From an uncultured Verrucomicrobiae bacterium (GTDB taxonomy: Bacteria; Verrucomicrobiota; Verrucomicrobiia; Chthoniobacterales; JAFAMB01), in assembly GCA_963762565.1 (NCBI GenBank), contig CAVXLD010000012.1, positions 96,001 to 160,000 on the forward strand: a stretch of 64,000 bases of DNA, read 5' to 3'. The translations under genes and the position numbers were made by a program. The notes beneath the pieces were generated by a model, which saw nothing but the letters and a program-made list of their open reading frames with translations, ran no database searches and was not told the DNA's origin. Position 1 is the stretch's first letter. Every line of letters begins with the position of its first letter. Below, in pieces: positions 33,054 through 42,703 of the stretch.

Positions 33054-33067
33054 GAAAGAAGCCCACG

Positions 33068-34138
33068 ATGAAGAGCTGTTTTGTTGCTGCCGCTTTGATC
33101 TCAATCCTCGCGCATGAGTCCGCCGCCGTTGCCAAGGAAGCGGGACATGATTTCCTATTGGTTACTGCGCCGAGCGGTGATTTTCAGCTAATTCGCAAGA
33201 GCAACGGCGCTATTTGGCTGGTAGCGACTAAACAGCCGACCAACCACGTCGTTTTGCCCTCGGTGCAGGTCGAAAGGAGTAAATCAGCTTCTAAAGGTGC
33301 CGAGCAGGTGTCCTCAGACGAAATAGAACCACAACCGAAATGCTTTTTCTCGCCGGATGAGCGGTGGATCTTCGTGGAAATAGATATCGACGAGAATAAT
33401 ACCACCGGCGTTCTTTACCGACGAACTGACAACTCATCTGAAGACGGGGGAATCCCTCATTACCAACCGGCGATGCCCAAAGGGTTCGATCCCGCTGCCT
33501 GGGCTTTCGTTTGTCAGAATAAGAAATTACAAGAGAGCGATATCGGTATTCCGGACAAAAATGGGATTTGGACGAAGTCCCTCTACTTTGGCGCGTGGAG
33601 CGCCGATTCAGCCCGCTTGCTGATAGGATTAGGCGGAACCGTCGGGCAACCGAAAGAACCCGAAGGTGGCGGTGGACCTAGTCAATGGGCGTCCAATGCC
33701 GCAATGTTGTGCTATTTCAATACTGGGACTGGCGGGTTTGAGTTAACAGATCGGTTACGTAAAGCAAACTCGGTGAAGAATAATGATAGTTCCGAGCAGA
33801 CCGATACCCATGCGGCCGAGCCAGACGCGGTGCTTTCCGCGGAATCCGTCGGTCAGGAATCACCGGAACCATCAGTGGCCGATCGGTTCAACAAAGCAGA
33901 CGCCCAATTAAACGACATCTACAAGAAGTTGTTAAACTCACTTTCCCCTACTGATAAAACTCAGCTGCAAAACGAGGAAAGAGCCTGGTTAACAGAACGC
34001 GACATTTTCGCCACCATCCACAGTTCTCAAAGCTGGAGCCCATTCCCGAACGCCAGCCGGATTGAAGGGATGGCGATCGCGACTGAGAAGCGAGTGGCCG
34101 AATTGCAGAAACGTTTATCCCCCAAGGCGAACTCCTGA
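33068..34138 (+). CDS. Exported protein with a C-terminal LprI (lysozyme inhibitor-like, DUF1311) domain
   Basis: Signal peptide; ADAQLNDIYKKL..LQNEERAWLTERD..RVAEL. Confidence 0.8.
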   Translation: MKSCFVAAALISILAHESAAVAKEAGHDFLLVTAPSGDFQLIRKSNGAIWLVATKQPTNHVVLPSVQVERSKSASKGAEQVSSDEIEPQPKCFFSPDERWIFVEIDIDENNTTGVLYRRTDNSSEDGGIPHYQPAMPKGFDPAAWAFVCQNKKLQESDIGIPDKNGIWTKSLYFGAWSADSARLLIGLGGTVGQPKEPEGGGGPSQWASNAAMLCYFNTGTGGFELTDRLRKANSVKNNDSSEQTDTHAAEPDAVLSAESVGQESPEPSVADRFNKADAQLNDIYKKLLNSLSPTDKTQLQNEERAWLTERDIFATIHSSQSWSPFPNASRIEGMAIATEKRVAELQKRLSPKANS

Positions 34139-34162
34139 GATGCACACCCAGGTTCAATCATC

Positions 34163-35560
34163 ATGATCTTCCCCATAAAACAATTAATCGCCCTCGTCGC
34201 TGCCGCCCTCTTAGTTGGCCAGGCTGCCGACGCTGAAAATTGGGAACCTGCGGGTATCGTATTTGATCGACAAGGAAATTTGTTCGTCGCGGATCATGCT
34301 TCCGGGCAGATCCTTAAATTCGCACCCGACGGAACCAGGACCGTTTTTGCTGCCGAAATCAATAGCCCTTACGGTGTCGCCTTTGATAGCAATGGAAATC
34401 TTTTGGTCTCCCACCCCGGGGAAATTTTGAAGATTGCTCTGGATGGCACGAAGAGCATTTTCACCAACGTCGTTTCTCCGGCGAATCTGACTGTCGATGG
34501 AGCTGGGAATGTGTTCGTACCGGATCTACGGACCAACTGTATCTTCAAGGTCGCTCCAGATGGCAAGAGAAGCTTCGCCGCGGTCGCCCTGACGAACCCA
34601 GCCGGCCCCATCTTTGATCGATCGGGGAACCTCTACGCTGCGGACGACAGTGGCATTTATAAGGTTGATGCTTTTACCAGAAAGACCTCCTTCGCGACTG
34701 GTGTGAGCGCCCTCGCCATCGTCTTTGACCGCGCCGGCAATCTTTTGGTCTCAGACAAAGACAGTGGCAATATTCTCAAATTCACTCCCAGCGGAGTCAG
34801 AAGCACCTTCGCCAACGGGGTGGTTCCTATCTGCTTCGCATTTGACACAGCGGGCAATCTTTCAGTGTCGGACCGGAACAGCGCCTCCATTCTCAAATTC
34901 GCGGCGGATGGGACCAAAACCGTTTTCGTTTCAGGCGGTAACCGCAACGAAAATGCTGGCGCAGAGCCTGTGAGCAACGAAGAAGCGTTCAGAAAAAGCC
35001 TCGAGTACACGCGTGCGGTCGTAGAGAACCAGCACATGATCTGTTTGGTCGACATCGACCCCTTAAACGGGGGCCAGAAGACGAGCTTCCGTTATGATCA
35101 TATCCGGAAGTCGAGCGGGTTCAGATGAAAAACGGCGAGACTTTCGCTCGAAAAAAGGACAAGCCATGGTTGAAATCTGATAACTGGGCCGAGACCGGGT
35201 CCAAAGTGAGTTCGCATAAATCCGATGAACTTGATTCACTGATTGAATACCCATGGGTAGCGCTCAACGATGACCGGATCAGTACCAATAAAACCAAGGT
35301 GCAGTCGTCGTTCGCTTGATTAAACGAGAGCCCATGGAAGACACAGAACGCCTTTATTATGAAGAGGGGCGGGAGAAACAGACTGGGTTTCGATTATCCG
35401 GAATTCTGTTTTCCGGAGGTCCGGAAAGGACCCGGATGAAAAAGGGCTTTTCGAGGGCTAGGCCGGGGTGATGCGCAGGGGTTACGACCGTTTCCATGTG
35501 AATATCAATTATAGCTATCTGTTCCGGATTAAATCCAGGAAGCGAAACCTACGCCCGGAA
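34163..35560 (+). pseudogene. NHL-like repeat protein whose C-terminal domain is broken by frameshifts and a stop
   Basis: 34163-35128 holds about six FDxxGNLxV repeats. Similarity to the 30459 N-domain continues across frame changes near 35100, 35297, 35391 and 35407 and a TAG at 35459. End is approximate; the propeller part may still be expressed. Confidence 0.7.
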
Positions 35561-35579
35561 AATAGTGGCTTGCGTTCAG

Positions 35580-36496
35580 ATGATATCTCGAGAGTCTATT
35601 CTCTTATTCCTGTTAGTCGCACCGCTAGCGGAGGTCTGCACGGTAAATCCGGCCCAAGCGGCGGATGAAAAGGTCTTTATCTTTTGGGATACGGTTTCGC
35701 CAAATGGGAAATATGCCCTGGCTTGGACAAAGGCAGGATCCGTAAACCCGGACGACATGCCTTACCCGGATGACCCCAAGGGAGGCGTGAAAGACTGGTT
35801 GTTGGAAGTGGCCTCGCGCAAGCCGACGGTTCTATTGCCAGATGCCGCCTATTGAGGCTGCCGGACTATAGCCCAAATCATTACAGCTTGGAGACGGTAT
35901 GGTCGGATGATAGTTCTCGTTTGCTGGTGCTACTTGACTCCCGTTATAGCACCGAGCAGGCGTTGCTGGTCGACCCAAGAGAAGGTCGCGTGCACGATTT
36001 TGTGAAATCGATGCAGCGTGGATTCTACCAGGTCCTGCGGCATAACGGCGGGGCCGCTCACGGGGAAAACGTCGACAGCTACTACATGACGTTCTCTTAT
36101 CCTTGGTTTACTGGACGAGACACGATCGAAGTGATTGGCGATGCGACCATTCACCTTAAAAGCGCTGACTTCGATGATTTCGAATACCATCTGACCTTCG
36201 GTATCGGGTCAGGCTCGTTCTCCTTACAAAAGGCGGCTGCACTCACCGATGTCGCGGGAGATTCGAGCGATCGTCAACTGAATCGAGTTTATCGAACTCT
36301 GATCGGACTACTCTCGCCATCGGAACGGGAAGCACTAATCCAGGAGGAACGGACCTGGATTGCTAAACGAGATGCTACGAATGGATCAGAGGCTAAAGAA
36401 GACCTGGTAAAAGCGAGGATCGAAGAGCTGACGAAACGGCAGGACGATCGGGTCAGTACCTTGGACGGCGAGGACCAAAAATCTAAGAATGAGTAA
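35580..36496 (+). pseudogene. Exported SPNGK..WSDDS-domain plus LprI protein split by a 1-nt frameshift
   Basis: ORFs 35565-35855 and 35852-36496 join as AAY(W)RLPDY if one G is restored at about 35855; DRQLNRVYRTL..EERTWIAKRD LprI motif. Confidence 0.72.
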
Positions 36497-37148
36497 GAAC
36501 TCAGCTGTGGCTAACCTTGCAATCAACCGCCGTTCGATTCGGAATCTGATACCTTCTACCCTTGGCGTCGTGTGCTGTCTGGCTATGGCTTTTGCCGCGG
36601 GCGAACCGAAGAAACAATTAACCATCGACCAAGACGGTTCTGCCTCAAATGCAGAGGCCGGCAACAAGGCCGTACCAGTCAGCCTGTTGGACGGAAAACT
36701 CAAGATCGATGTTCCCTCCGATTTCTCGCGTGAGCCGAATAACCCGGCAGACCCGAAAACAGTGGCCAAGTTTAGCCGCAAAGACGGCGCCTGGGGCGAA
36801 GTTTTGCGCGGCACCCACGGTCTGACTCCGGAAGGACTTAACCAGTATCTAGCTAAGCGCGTTTCGGAATACTCCAAAGGCTTCGATTGGTTGCCCAAGG
36901 GATATCACCTGCAATGGTTACGCAGGGAAATCGTTACCATGGATGGCCGTAAATGGGCCGATTGGCGCTACGTCCCGATCGCCAACGGATCCACCGATTA
37001 TCAAAACAATCCCGTTTACACCCGGTTTCTTACTACGTCCTATCAAGGCCAGCTTCTGGAGATCACTTTCACCACCAACCTGACAACTGATCCCGGCTTA
37101 AAGGAAGAGATCGATCGTATCATGGAATCGGTGCACCTCGAGGAATGA
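36489..37148 (+). CDS. Exported hypothetical protein
   Basis: Signal-like segment ending AMAFA; co-oriented in the array. Confidence 0.65.
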   Translation: MSKNSAVANLAINRRSIRNLIPSTLGVVCCLAMAFAAGEPKKQLTIDQDGSASNAEAGNKAVPVSLLDGKLKIDVPSDFSREPNNPADPKTVAKFSRKDGAWGEVLRGTHGLTPEGLNQYLAKRVSEYSKGFDWLPKGYHLQWLRREIVTMDGRKWADWRYVPIANGSTDYQNNPVYTRFLTTSYQGQLLEITFTTNLTTDPGLKEEIDRIMESVHLEE

Positions 37149-37198
37149 TTTAACGTTCAAAATCGCTCGCCCATTAAGGGAACAATCCAGAGAACTTC

Positions 37199-37648
37199 AT
37201 GTTATCACTTCGCCGTTCGCTACTGGCTATATCGGTCCAGTTAATCGTGGTTACCTTAGTTGCTTCAGGACCTACTAAAGCAGATCCAGCAAAAGCACCT
37301 GAACAAGCATTTGCTGCCGTCTACGCTACGTTTGTCGATGCAGCGCGGACTAACGATAAGAATAAAATCGCAGACCTAGTTGAGTTTCCGGTTAGTGCCT
37401 GGGCTGTAATTACTAAGGGCAACGTGCAAGAGATTAGTATCACGAATAAGGCGGATTTCTTGGCCAAATACGACTCAATTTTTACTCCCTCGATGCGGTC
37501 GCACGCGGTTAAGACGAAGCCGCAGAAAATCGACAACGGACACTACGCTCTCATCTGGCACGACACAGACCTGGAATACAGTTTTGAATTCGAAAGCAAA
37601 CCGACGAGCGGGTTCCGATTGACGATGTGTCTTATCGGACCGCGGTGA
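37199..37648 (+). CDS. Exported hypothetical protein
   Basis: Signal peptide; F..A....DK..IADLVEFPV..FLAKYDSIFT. Confidence 0.7.
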   Translation: MLSLRRSLLAISVQLIVVTLVASGPTKADPAKAPEQAFAAVYATFVDAARTNDKNKIADLVEFPVSAWAVITKGNVQEISITNKADFLAKYDSIFTPSMRSHAVKTKPQKIDNGHYALIWHDTDLEYSFEFESKPTSGFRLTMCLIGPR

Positions 37649-37671
37649 TGACAGTAATTGAGTTGAACCCC

Positions 37672-38019
37672 ATGAGATCCCTGATTCTTACTATCATAAT
37701 AACCTTCGGCTTCACTGGCTTGGGCGCAGTGATCCCAAAGGGAGCTACCGTACAGGTGAAAGCAGATTCGATTTGGTTCCAAGACGCTGCTGCGTTGGCC
37801 CGTTGGCAGGCACTGAAGAAGAGCGGCAACCAAAAGGCTTTAGCCGGCTATGAGGATAAGATGCTATCTGACCGGGATGCCTGGCAGTTTACCAACCAGC
37901 TTGCGGTCAAGGTCCTCAGTTATGAGGAAGGGAAACATCAGGTTAATGTCGAGATGACGACGCCAGGCCGGATGCTGGGTACGAAATGGTGGTTAGATAC
38001 AAGCACTCTGGTCCAATAG
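37672..38019 (+). CDS. Small exported hypothetical protein
   Basis: MRSLILTIIITFGFTGLGA signal peptide. Confidence 0.65.
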   Translation: MRSLILTIIITFGFTGLGAVIPKGATVQVKADSIWFQDAAALARWQALKKSGNQKALAGYEDKMLSDRDAWQFTNQLAVKVLSYEEGKHQVNVEMTTPGRMLGTKWWLDTSTLVQ

Positions 38020-38252
38020 TCGTCAGCCGACTAACATCGACTGCGATCTGCTAACTGGTTGCTTCAGACCTTGGCGTAACGCGGAGCCGGTTTTATATTC
38101 GACAAGTGAGCAGGCGGTTAGAGAGCATGATATCTTGAAGCTTTGAGGGTTCCTTTTCACAGGATCCTCTCTTTGACATTTTTATTGACCTTGAGCAACT
38201 CGTTCGCTCAAAATGCCCTTGAGGCATAAAGGACAGCCGGTCGAAGAACCTC

Positions 38253-39632
38253 ATGCGATCTTGCCGACATCGCTATACCGGGGAGCACCCGCCACGGTGG
38301 TTTCGTTGTTCGCTGCTCTTGGCAAGTTGCACAGGATTTTTCGCTTGTACTGAACTCCAGGCAGACCTCGCTTTTAGTCCAAAGGGAGATCTCTTTGTGC
38401 TCGGCGACCAGGAAATCTTCAAGTACACAGCTGACGGGACGAAGAACACATTCGCTACTCTGTCTAAAAAGCCTATTTCTTTGGCGTTTGATAGCGCGGG
38501 TAACCTCTTCGTCGGAGATTTCGGCGGTTCCATTTTCAGATTCAGTCCTGATCGAAGGAAGACCACATTCGTTACCGGACTCAAGGACGCAGGTAAACTG
38601 GCTTGTGACGCCGCGGGTAATCTTTTTGTGGGGGACGAAGTTGAGTCGTCAATTCTGAAATTTGCGCCCGACGCAAGGAAAAGTACGGTCGTAAGCAACG
38701 TCCACGCGGAGAAAATGGTCCTCGATCCATCGGGTAATTCATTTGTGCCAACTCGCGTCGGCAACGCGATCCTGAAAATTACCTCCAACGGGGTCAAAAC
38801 CACGTTCGCTACGGGGATTGAGTACGCGGACGCTCTGACCGTTGACCCTGCAGGCAATCTCTTTGTGTATGCCTGGCCAGGAACGATTTTAAAAATTACA
38901 GCCGACGGAAGCAAGCACGCTTTTGTTACTGATCTTGAAATCTCGATACCTTTTTCGACCTGTAACAGCCGGGGAGACCTCTTCGTCGGATTGCCTGACA
39001 ACGACACAATACTAGAATTCACGCCGGATGGGAAAAAGCGCGAACTCGACGCAGGACCACACCCAACGGATATGGTTTTCGACAAGAAAGGGAACCTTTT
39101 TGTAAAAGTGTCCTCTGCGATTTATAAATTCGACTCAGCCGGTAATAAAAGCACTTTTGCCTCTGATTGGCTGTCACCTGACAAGCGCTGGGAATACCAG
39201 CGTTCTGATAATGGAGAGAGAGGAACCATTGTGAAGGCCGGCACCAACCAAGTTGTACAGGATCTATCCGACGTTCCTGCTCCGGCAGTAAGCGACGCTG
39301 AGATGGTTTGGGCGCCGGACTCGAAACGTTTTGCGGTCAACTATCGAGACGGCCGTAGTTTTGTGACTGAGCTTTATCAACTTAATGGCAGCGGATGGGT
39401 GGCGCTCCGTTCACCTGTGGAAGCGACCTTGCCGATTGTTGAGAAAGGCTCGTCTAAAGACACACAGGAGCCAGGTCTCGATTCCTGGTCGGTGGAGAAG
39501 TGGATCGATTCTGAGACTGCCCTCATGAGTGCGCAGCTGCGCACTAGCAATTCCCGCTTTATCTTTACCTTGAAATTCGATGCAGCCGGAAATTGGAAAA
39601 TTGTTCATCAGACCAAAGAAAAGGCGGAATAG
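38253..39632 (+). CDS. NHL-like repeat exported protein with a C-terminal SPDK..WAPDS domain
   Basis: About seven xDxxGNLFV..ILKxxxDG repeats, then WLSPDKRWEY..WAPDSKRFAV. Confidence 0.8.
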   Translation: MRSCRHRYTGEHPPRWFRCSLLLASCTGFFACTELQADLAFSPKGDLFVLGDQEIFKYTADGTKNTFATLSKKPISLAFDSAGNLFVGDFGGSIFRFSPDRRKTTFVTGLKDAGKLACDAAGNLFVGDEVESSILKFAPDARKSTVVSNVHAEKMVLDPSGNSFVPTRVGNAILKITSNGVKTTFATGIEYADALTVDPAGNLFVYAWPGTILKITADGSKHAFVTDLEISIPFSTCNSRGDLFVGLPDNDTILEFTPDGKKRELDAGPHPTDMVFDKKGNLFVKVSSAIYKFDSAGNKSTFASDWLSPDKRWEYQRSDNGERGTIVKAGTNQVVQDLSDVPAPAVSDAEMVWAPDSKRFAVNYRDGRSFVTELYQLNGSGWVALRSPVEATLPIVEKGSSKDTQEPGLDSWSVEKWIDSETALMSAQLRTSNSRFIFTLKFDAAGNWKIVHQTKEKAE

Positions 39633-39765
39633 AACCCATTTTTACTGACCAAATCCGGCTGTTGAACGACCAGACGAGTTATGCGCACAGTCCAGTCTCC
39701 ACGCGCTTTCTGACTCCTTCCTGTAAGGGTCAATGCAGAAGCTGGACTATCCGGCGCACGAAGGC

Positions 39766-40848
39766 CTACGATAAAACTACCTCGTGCCCCTTGAGGCTTG
39801 ATTCGTAAATCGCGTCGAGAATTTCCATCAGTTTCACTGCCTGAACGGCACTATTGATCGGCGGTTCGATGCCTTCTATGGCCCTCAGGAAATTCTGCAT
39901 TTGCGGCACAAACTCGTGCGGTACCGGGTCAAACGGTAGTTCAACGGTCTCTAGTTTGCCGTCGCGGTCCTCAAAAAGAGTGAGAGCAGGGATCTTCTCG
40001 GTCGGATGCAGCTGTAGAACGTCCACAATGCGGATAGTGCCTTTTGGTCCGTAGAGCACAGTCGAGAAAAGTTCTCGGGTGCCCCACTTTCCCAGCGGAA
40101 TATCATCTGGAAGATTCGCCGCCCAGGAGACCTCGAAGAGCAAAGTACTGCCGTTCTCGAAACGAATCATACCGTCGGCGCTGTCCTCCACATCGAAGAC
40201 CGGAGCTTTCACTAGTTGAGGAAACTTTTGATAGGTCTGGGCAGAAACCGTTCGCGGTTTTGGTGTGCCCATCAGGTACCAGGCCGCATCGATGGCGTGT
40301 ACTCCCAGGTCAATGACCACGCCGCCCCCGGCACGGGAACGGTCGGTAAACCAGCCATCGATTCCGCCGGGAGTGCCTCGCGACCGAACCCACATGGTCT
40401 TGGCAAAATAAATCTCGCCCAAGCGCCGTTCAGCGACCGCTTTGCGTGCGGCCTGTACAGATCCAGAAAAGCGCATCTGGCGTCCAAAGAAATAAATTAA
40501 TCCCCGGCTGTCCGCTTCGTGCCGCAGTTGGCGCATCTGCTCGGCGTTCAATGTGGGAGGCTTTTCGCATAGAACATGTTTGCCTGCCTGCAGCCCTTTG
40601 AGCGCAGCGGGAAAATGAAGCGAGTTCGGAAGACTAATTACCACCGCCTGGAGCTCCGGATCCGCCAGCATCTGATCGTAATCAGCAAAAACGCGTGTGG
40701 GAGCATATTTGGCTGCGAAAGCTTCCCGTCGGGCCGCGTTCAAGTCACAAGCGGCATAAAGTTGTCCGAGATCACTTCCTCGAACTCCTTCGGCATGTCG
40801 CTGCCCGGGCCAACCCAACCCTACGAGACCGACATTGATTTTTTCCAT
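39766..40848 (-). CDS. Gfo/Idh/MocA family oxidoreductase
   Basis: GLVGLG, HVLCEKP, GGGVVIDLGVHAID. Confidence 0.92.
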   Translation of the reverse strand: MEKINVGLVGLGWPGQRHAEGVRGSDLGQLYAACDLNAARREAFAAKYAPTRVFADYDQMLADPELQAVVISLPNSLHFPAALKGLQAGKHVLCEKPPTLNAEQMRQLRHEADSRGLIYFFGRQMRFSGSVQAARKAVAERRLGEIYFAKTMWVRSRGTPGGIDGWFTDRSRAGGGVVIDLGVHAIDAAWYLMGTPKPRTVSAQTYQKFPQLVKAPVFDVEDSADGMIRFENGSTLLFEVSWAANLPDDIPLGKWGTRELFSTVLYGPKGTIRIVDVLQLHPTEKIPALTLFEDRDGKLETVELPFDPVPHEFVPQMQNFLRAIEGIEPPINSAVQAVKLMEILDAIYESSLKGHEVVLS

Positions 40849-41068
40849 GGAGCAGTTTCCCGGCACAGGGAACGTCGTCAATATACGCAAAGCCGTGGAG
40901 CGCTATCTGGGCGCCTTGTGCTTTTCTGCCCGCGGCTTTATTTTCGTGGTTCGATCAATCCGCACAAAATGTATACCAGCGTTCCCGGAAAGCTCCTGAA
41001 CTCCTGCAACTCCCCGACTTCGCAAGGCCTACGTCGCGGCCAGCTTTGAACTCCTGAACTCCTTTCCC

Positions 41069-42133
41069 ATGACTTCTCCTATCTCAATCCAAGAACTCAA
41101 AACGCGTGTATTGACCGGCTCAGTGGTGGCCACGGTTTTTGGACAGGTGGAGAGCATCACAGAAAAACAGACCCGGGATCAAAAACCGTATTTCGAGCTC
41201 GTGGTGCGGGACCTGGTGGGTTCACTCACGATTCGGGTATGGAACGACCACCCGGCCTTCAGTTTCTGTGGGGAAACCGTTGCCGGCGCTGCGGTTTGTG
41301 TCGAAGGCGAGTTCTGGAGTGGGAACTCGTACGGGATCGAGGTGCGAAATTGGCAGATACGAGATCTCACTGCGGAAGAAAAATCGGTGCTGTTTGAAGG
41401 ACCAGAAGAATTGCGGCAGCAGCAGGAGAGAGATTACGCAGAGATACTCAGTACGGTCGAATCGATCAACGATCCGCGGCTCCGCCGCCTGGGAGAATTG
41501 TTTTTGACCGAGTTCGGCGAGCGATTTCGCAGAGCGGCCGGCGCCCGAACCGTACATCACGCTCGGCGAGGCGGCCTGGTTCAACATGTGGCTCAAATGT
41601 TGCGCACGGCAGACGCTATCACGGCCACTTACCCTGCGCTCAATCGTGATCTCCTCATCGCGGGAACTCTTTTCCATGACGCGGGCAAAATGTGGGAGAA
41701 CAATTTTCCTAAAGAAAGTCTGCAGATGCCGCACGATTTGTACGGCGAACTTCTCGGTCACATCAGCATCGGCGCCGAGTTCGTGAACCGCTTGTGGCAG
41801 AAGTTGCGGCAGGAGAAAGAATTTGAATCTTGGAAGGATCTGACGCCCGAAAGCGATCTGGTGCGGGTACATCTGCTGCACCTGGTCATCGCGCACCACG
41901 GCGAACTAGAGTTCGGATCACCGGTCGAGCCAAAGACGCCCGAAGCTTGGGCCTTGCATATGATCGACAATCTGGATGCGAAACTCGAAATAATCTTTTC
42001 CGCCTACCGGACAGCACCGCGTTTGACTCCCCAGATCCTGGACAGGGTCAGGCCGCTACACTCGAACCCGGTGGTCCCTCTGCCGAAATTTGGCGGGCCG
42101 AAGCCGTCAGGGGGAGAAGACGAGAGGAGCTAG
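41069..42133 (+). CDS. OB-fold plus HD-domain protein, YhaM/Cbf1-like 3'-5' exoribonuclease
   Basis: HHARRGGLVQH, FHDAGK, LLGHI, AHHG, IDNLDAK. Confidence 0.85.
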   Translation: MTSPISIQELKTRVLTGSVVATVFGQVESITEKQTRDQKPYFELVVRDLVGSLTIRVWNDHPAFSFCGETVAGAAVCVEGEFWSGNSYGIEVRNWQIRDLTAEEKSVLFEGPEELRQQQERDYAEILSTVESINDPRLRRLGELFLTEFGERFRRAAGARTVHHARRGGLVQHVAQMLRTADAITATYPALNRDLLIAGTLFHDAGKMWENNFPKESLQMPHDLYGELLGHISIGAEFVNRLWQKLRQEKEFESWKDLTPESDLVRVHLLHLVIAHHGELEFGSPVEPKTPEAWALHMIDNLDAKLEIIFSAYRTAPRLTPQILDRVRPLHSNPVVPLPKFGGPKPSGGEDERS

Positions 42134-42208
42134 CAGGGCTAGCTCGTAATCGTTCTCGTCGTCGTCCTCGAAAAGGTCTTGCCCAGCGCTTCGAATTGGC
42201 CCGCAGCG

Positions 42209-42415
42209 TGGAGGGGAGCCGCTTTGTAGCTTGGCCAAGCTCTATCGGTTGCTAGCAGGCGGCTCCCGGAAACGGTCCCTGATGCGTTTGTTCTATCAAC
42301 TCTGCAAGCCCATTTCCGAAAGGCCGAGCGGTAATGGAATACACTGGGTTCTTCCCGGGAGCCGCTTGCTGCCACCTCATAGAGCTTGGCCATCCTATAA
42401 AGCGGCTCCCCTCCA
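42209..42415. repeat. Family C element nested in a second inverted-repeat pair (about 42144-42173 and 42456-42480)
   Basis: tggaggggagccgcttt..aaagcggctcccctcca, flanked by taatcgttctcgtcgtcg and cgacgacgggaacgatta. Confidence 0.8.
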
Positions 42416-42482
42416 GCGCCCCAGAGCAATTCCAGACGCTAGAACAAAAAACCGATTTCGACGACGGGAACGATTATGACAC

Positions 42483-42520
42483 AAGAAAAGAACGGCCAAA
42501 CGTGTCTCATTTGGCCGTTC
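42483..42520 (-). terminator. Intrinsic terminator
   Basis: gaacggccaaatg-agaca-cgtttggccgttc-ttttctt on the minus strand. Confidence 0.85.
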
Positions 42521-42650
42521 GCACATTTTGCGAGCACTTGGTCAGGATGAACGGCCGGCCCGGTTTCCCGGCGCTCCATCTTGCGACGGGTCACTAGAAA
42601 TCCGACCTTGACGTTGCCCTTCGTGAAACGCCCATCCCTCTTTCAAGAGC
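42483..42650 (-). ncRNA. Candidate structured non-coding RNA followed by an intrinsic terminator
   Basis: Closing helix ggatgggcg/cgttcatcc; hairpins cgtc-GCAA-gatg, ccgg-GAAA-ccgg and ggtc..gacc; 13-bp terminator stem plus ttttctt. Family not recognised. Confidence 0.5.
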
Positions 42651-42703
42651 GGTAGCAAAACGAGTCTCTCGACTAGGACAGCAGTAAAACGGTCAGAGCC
42701 GCT

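Noticed and set aside
38273..39085. 270-aa antisense ORF and other long shadow ORFs
   Set aside because: They mirror repeat-protein or housekeeping genes on the opposite strand, as expected at this GC content.
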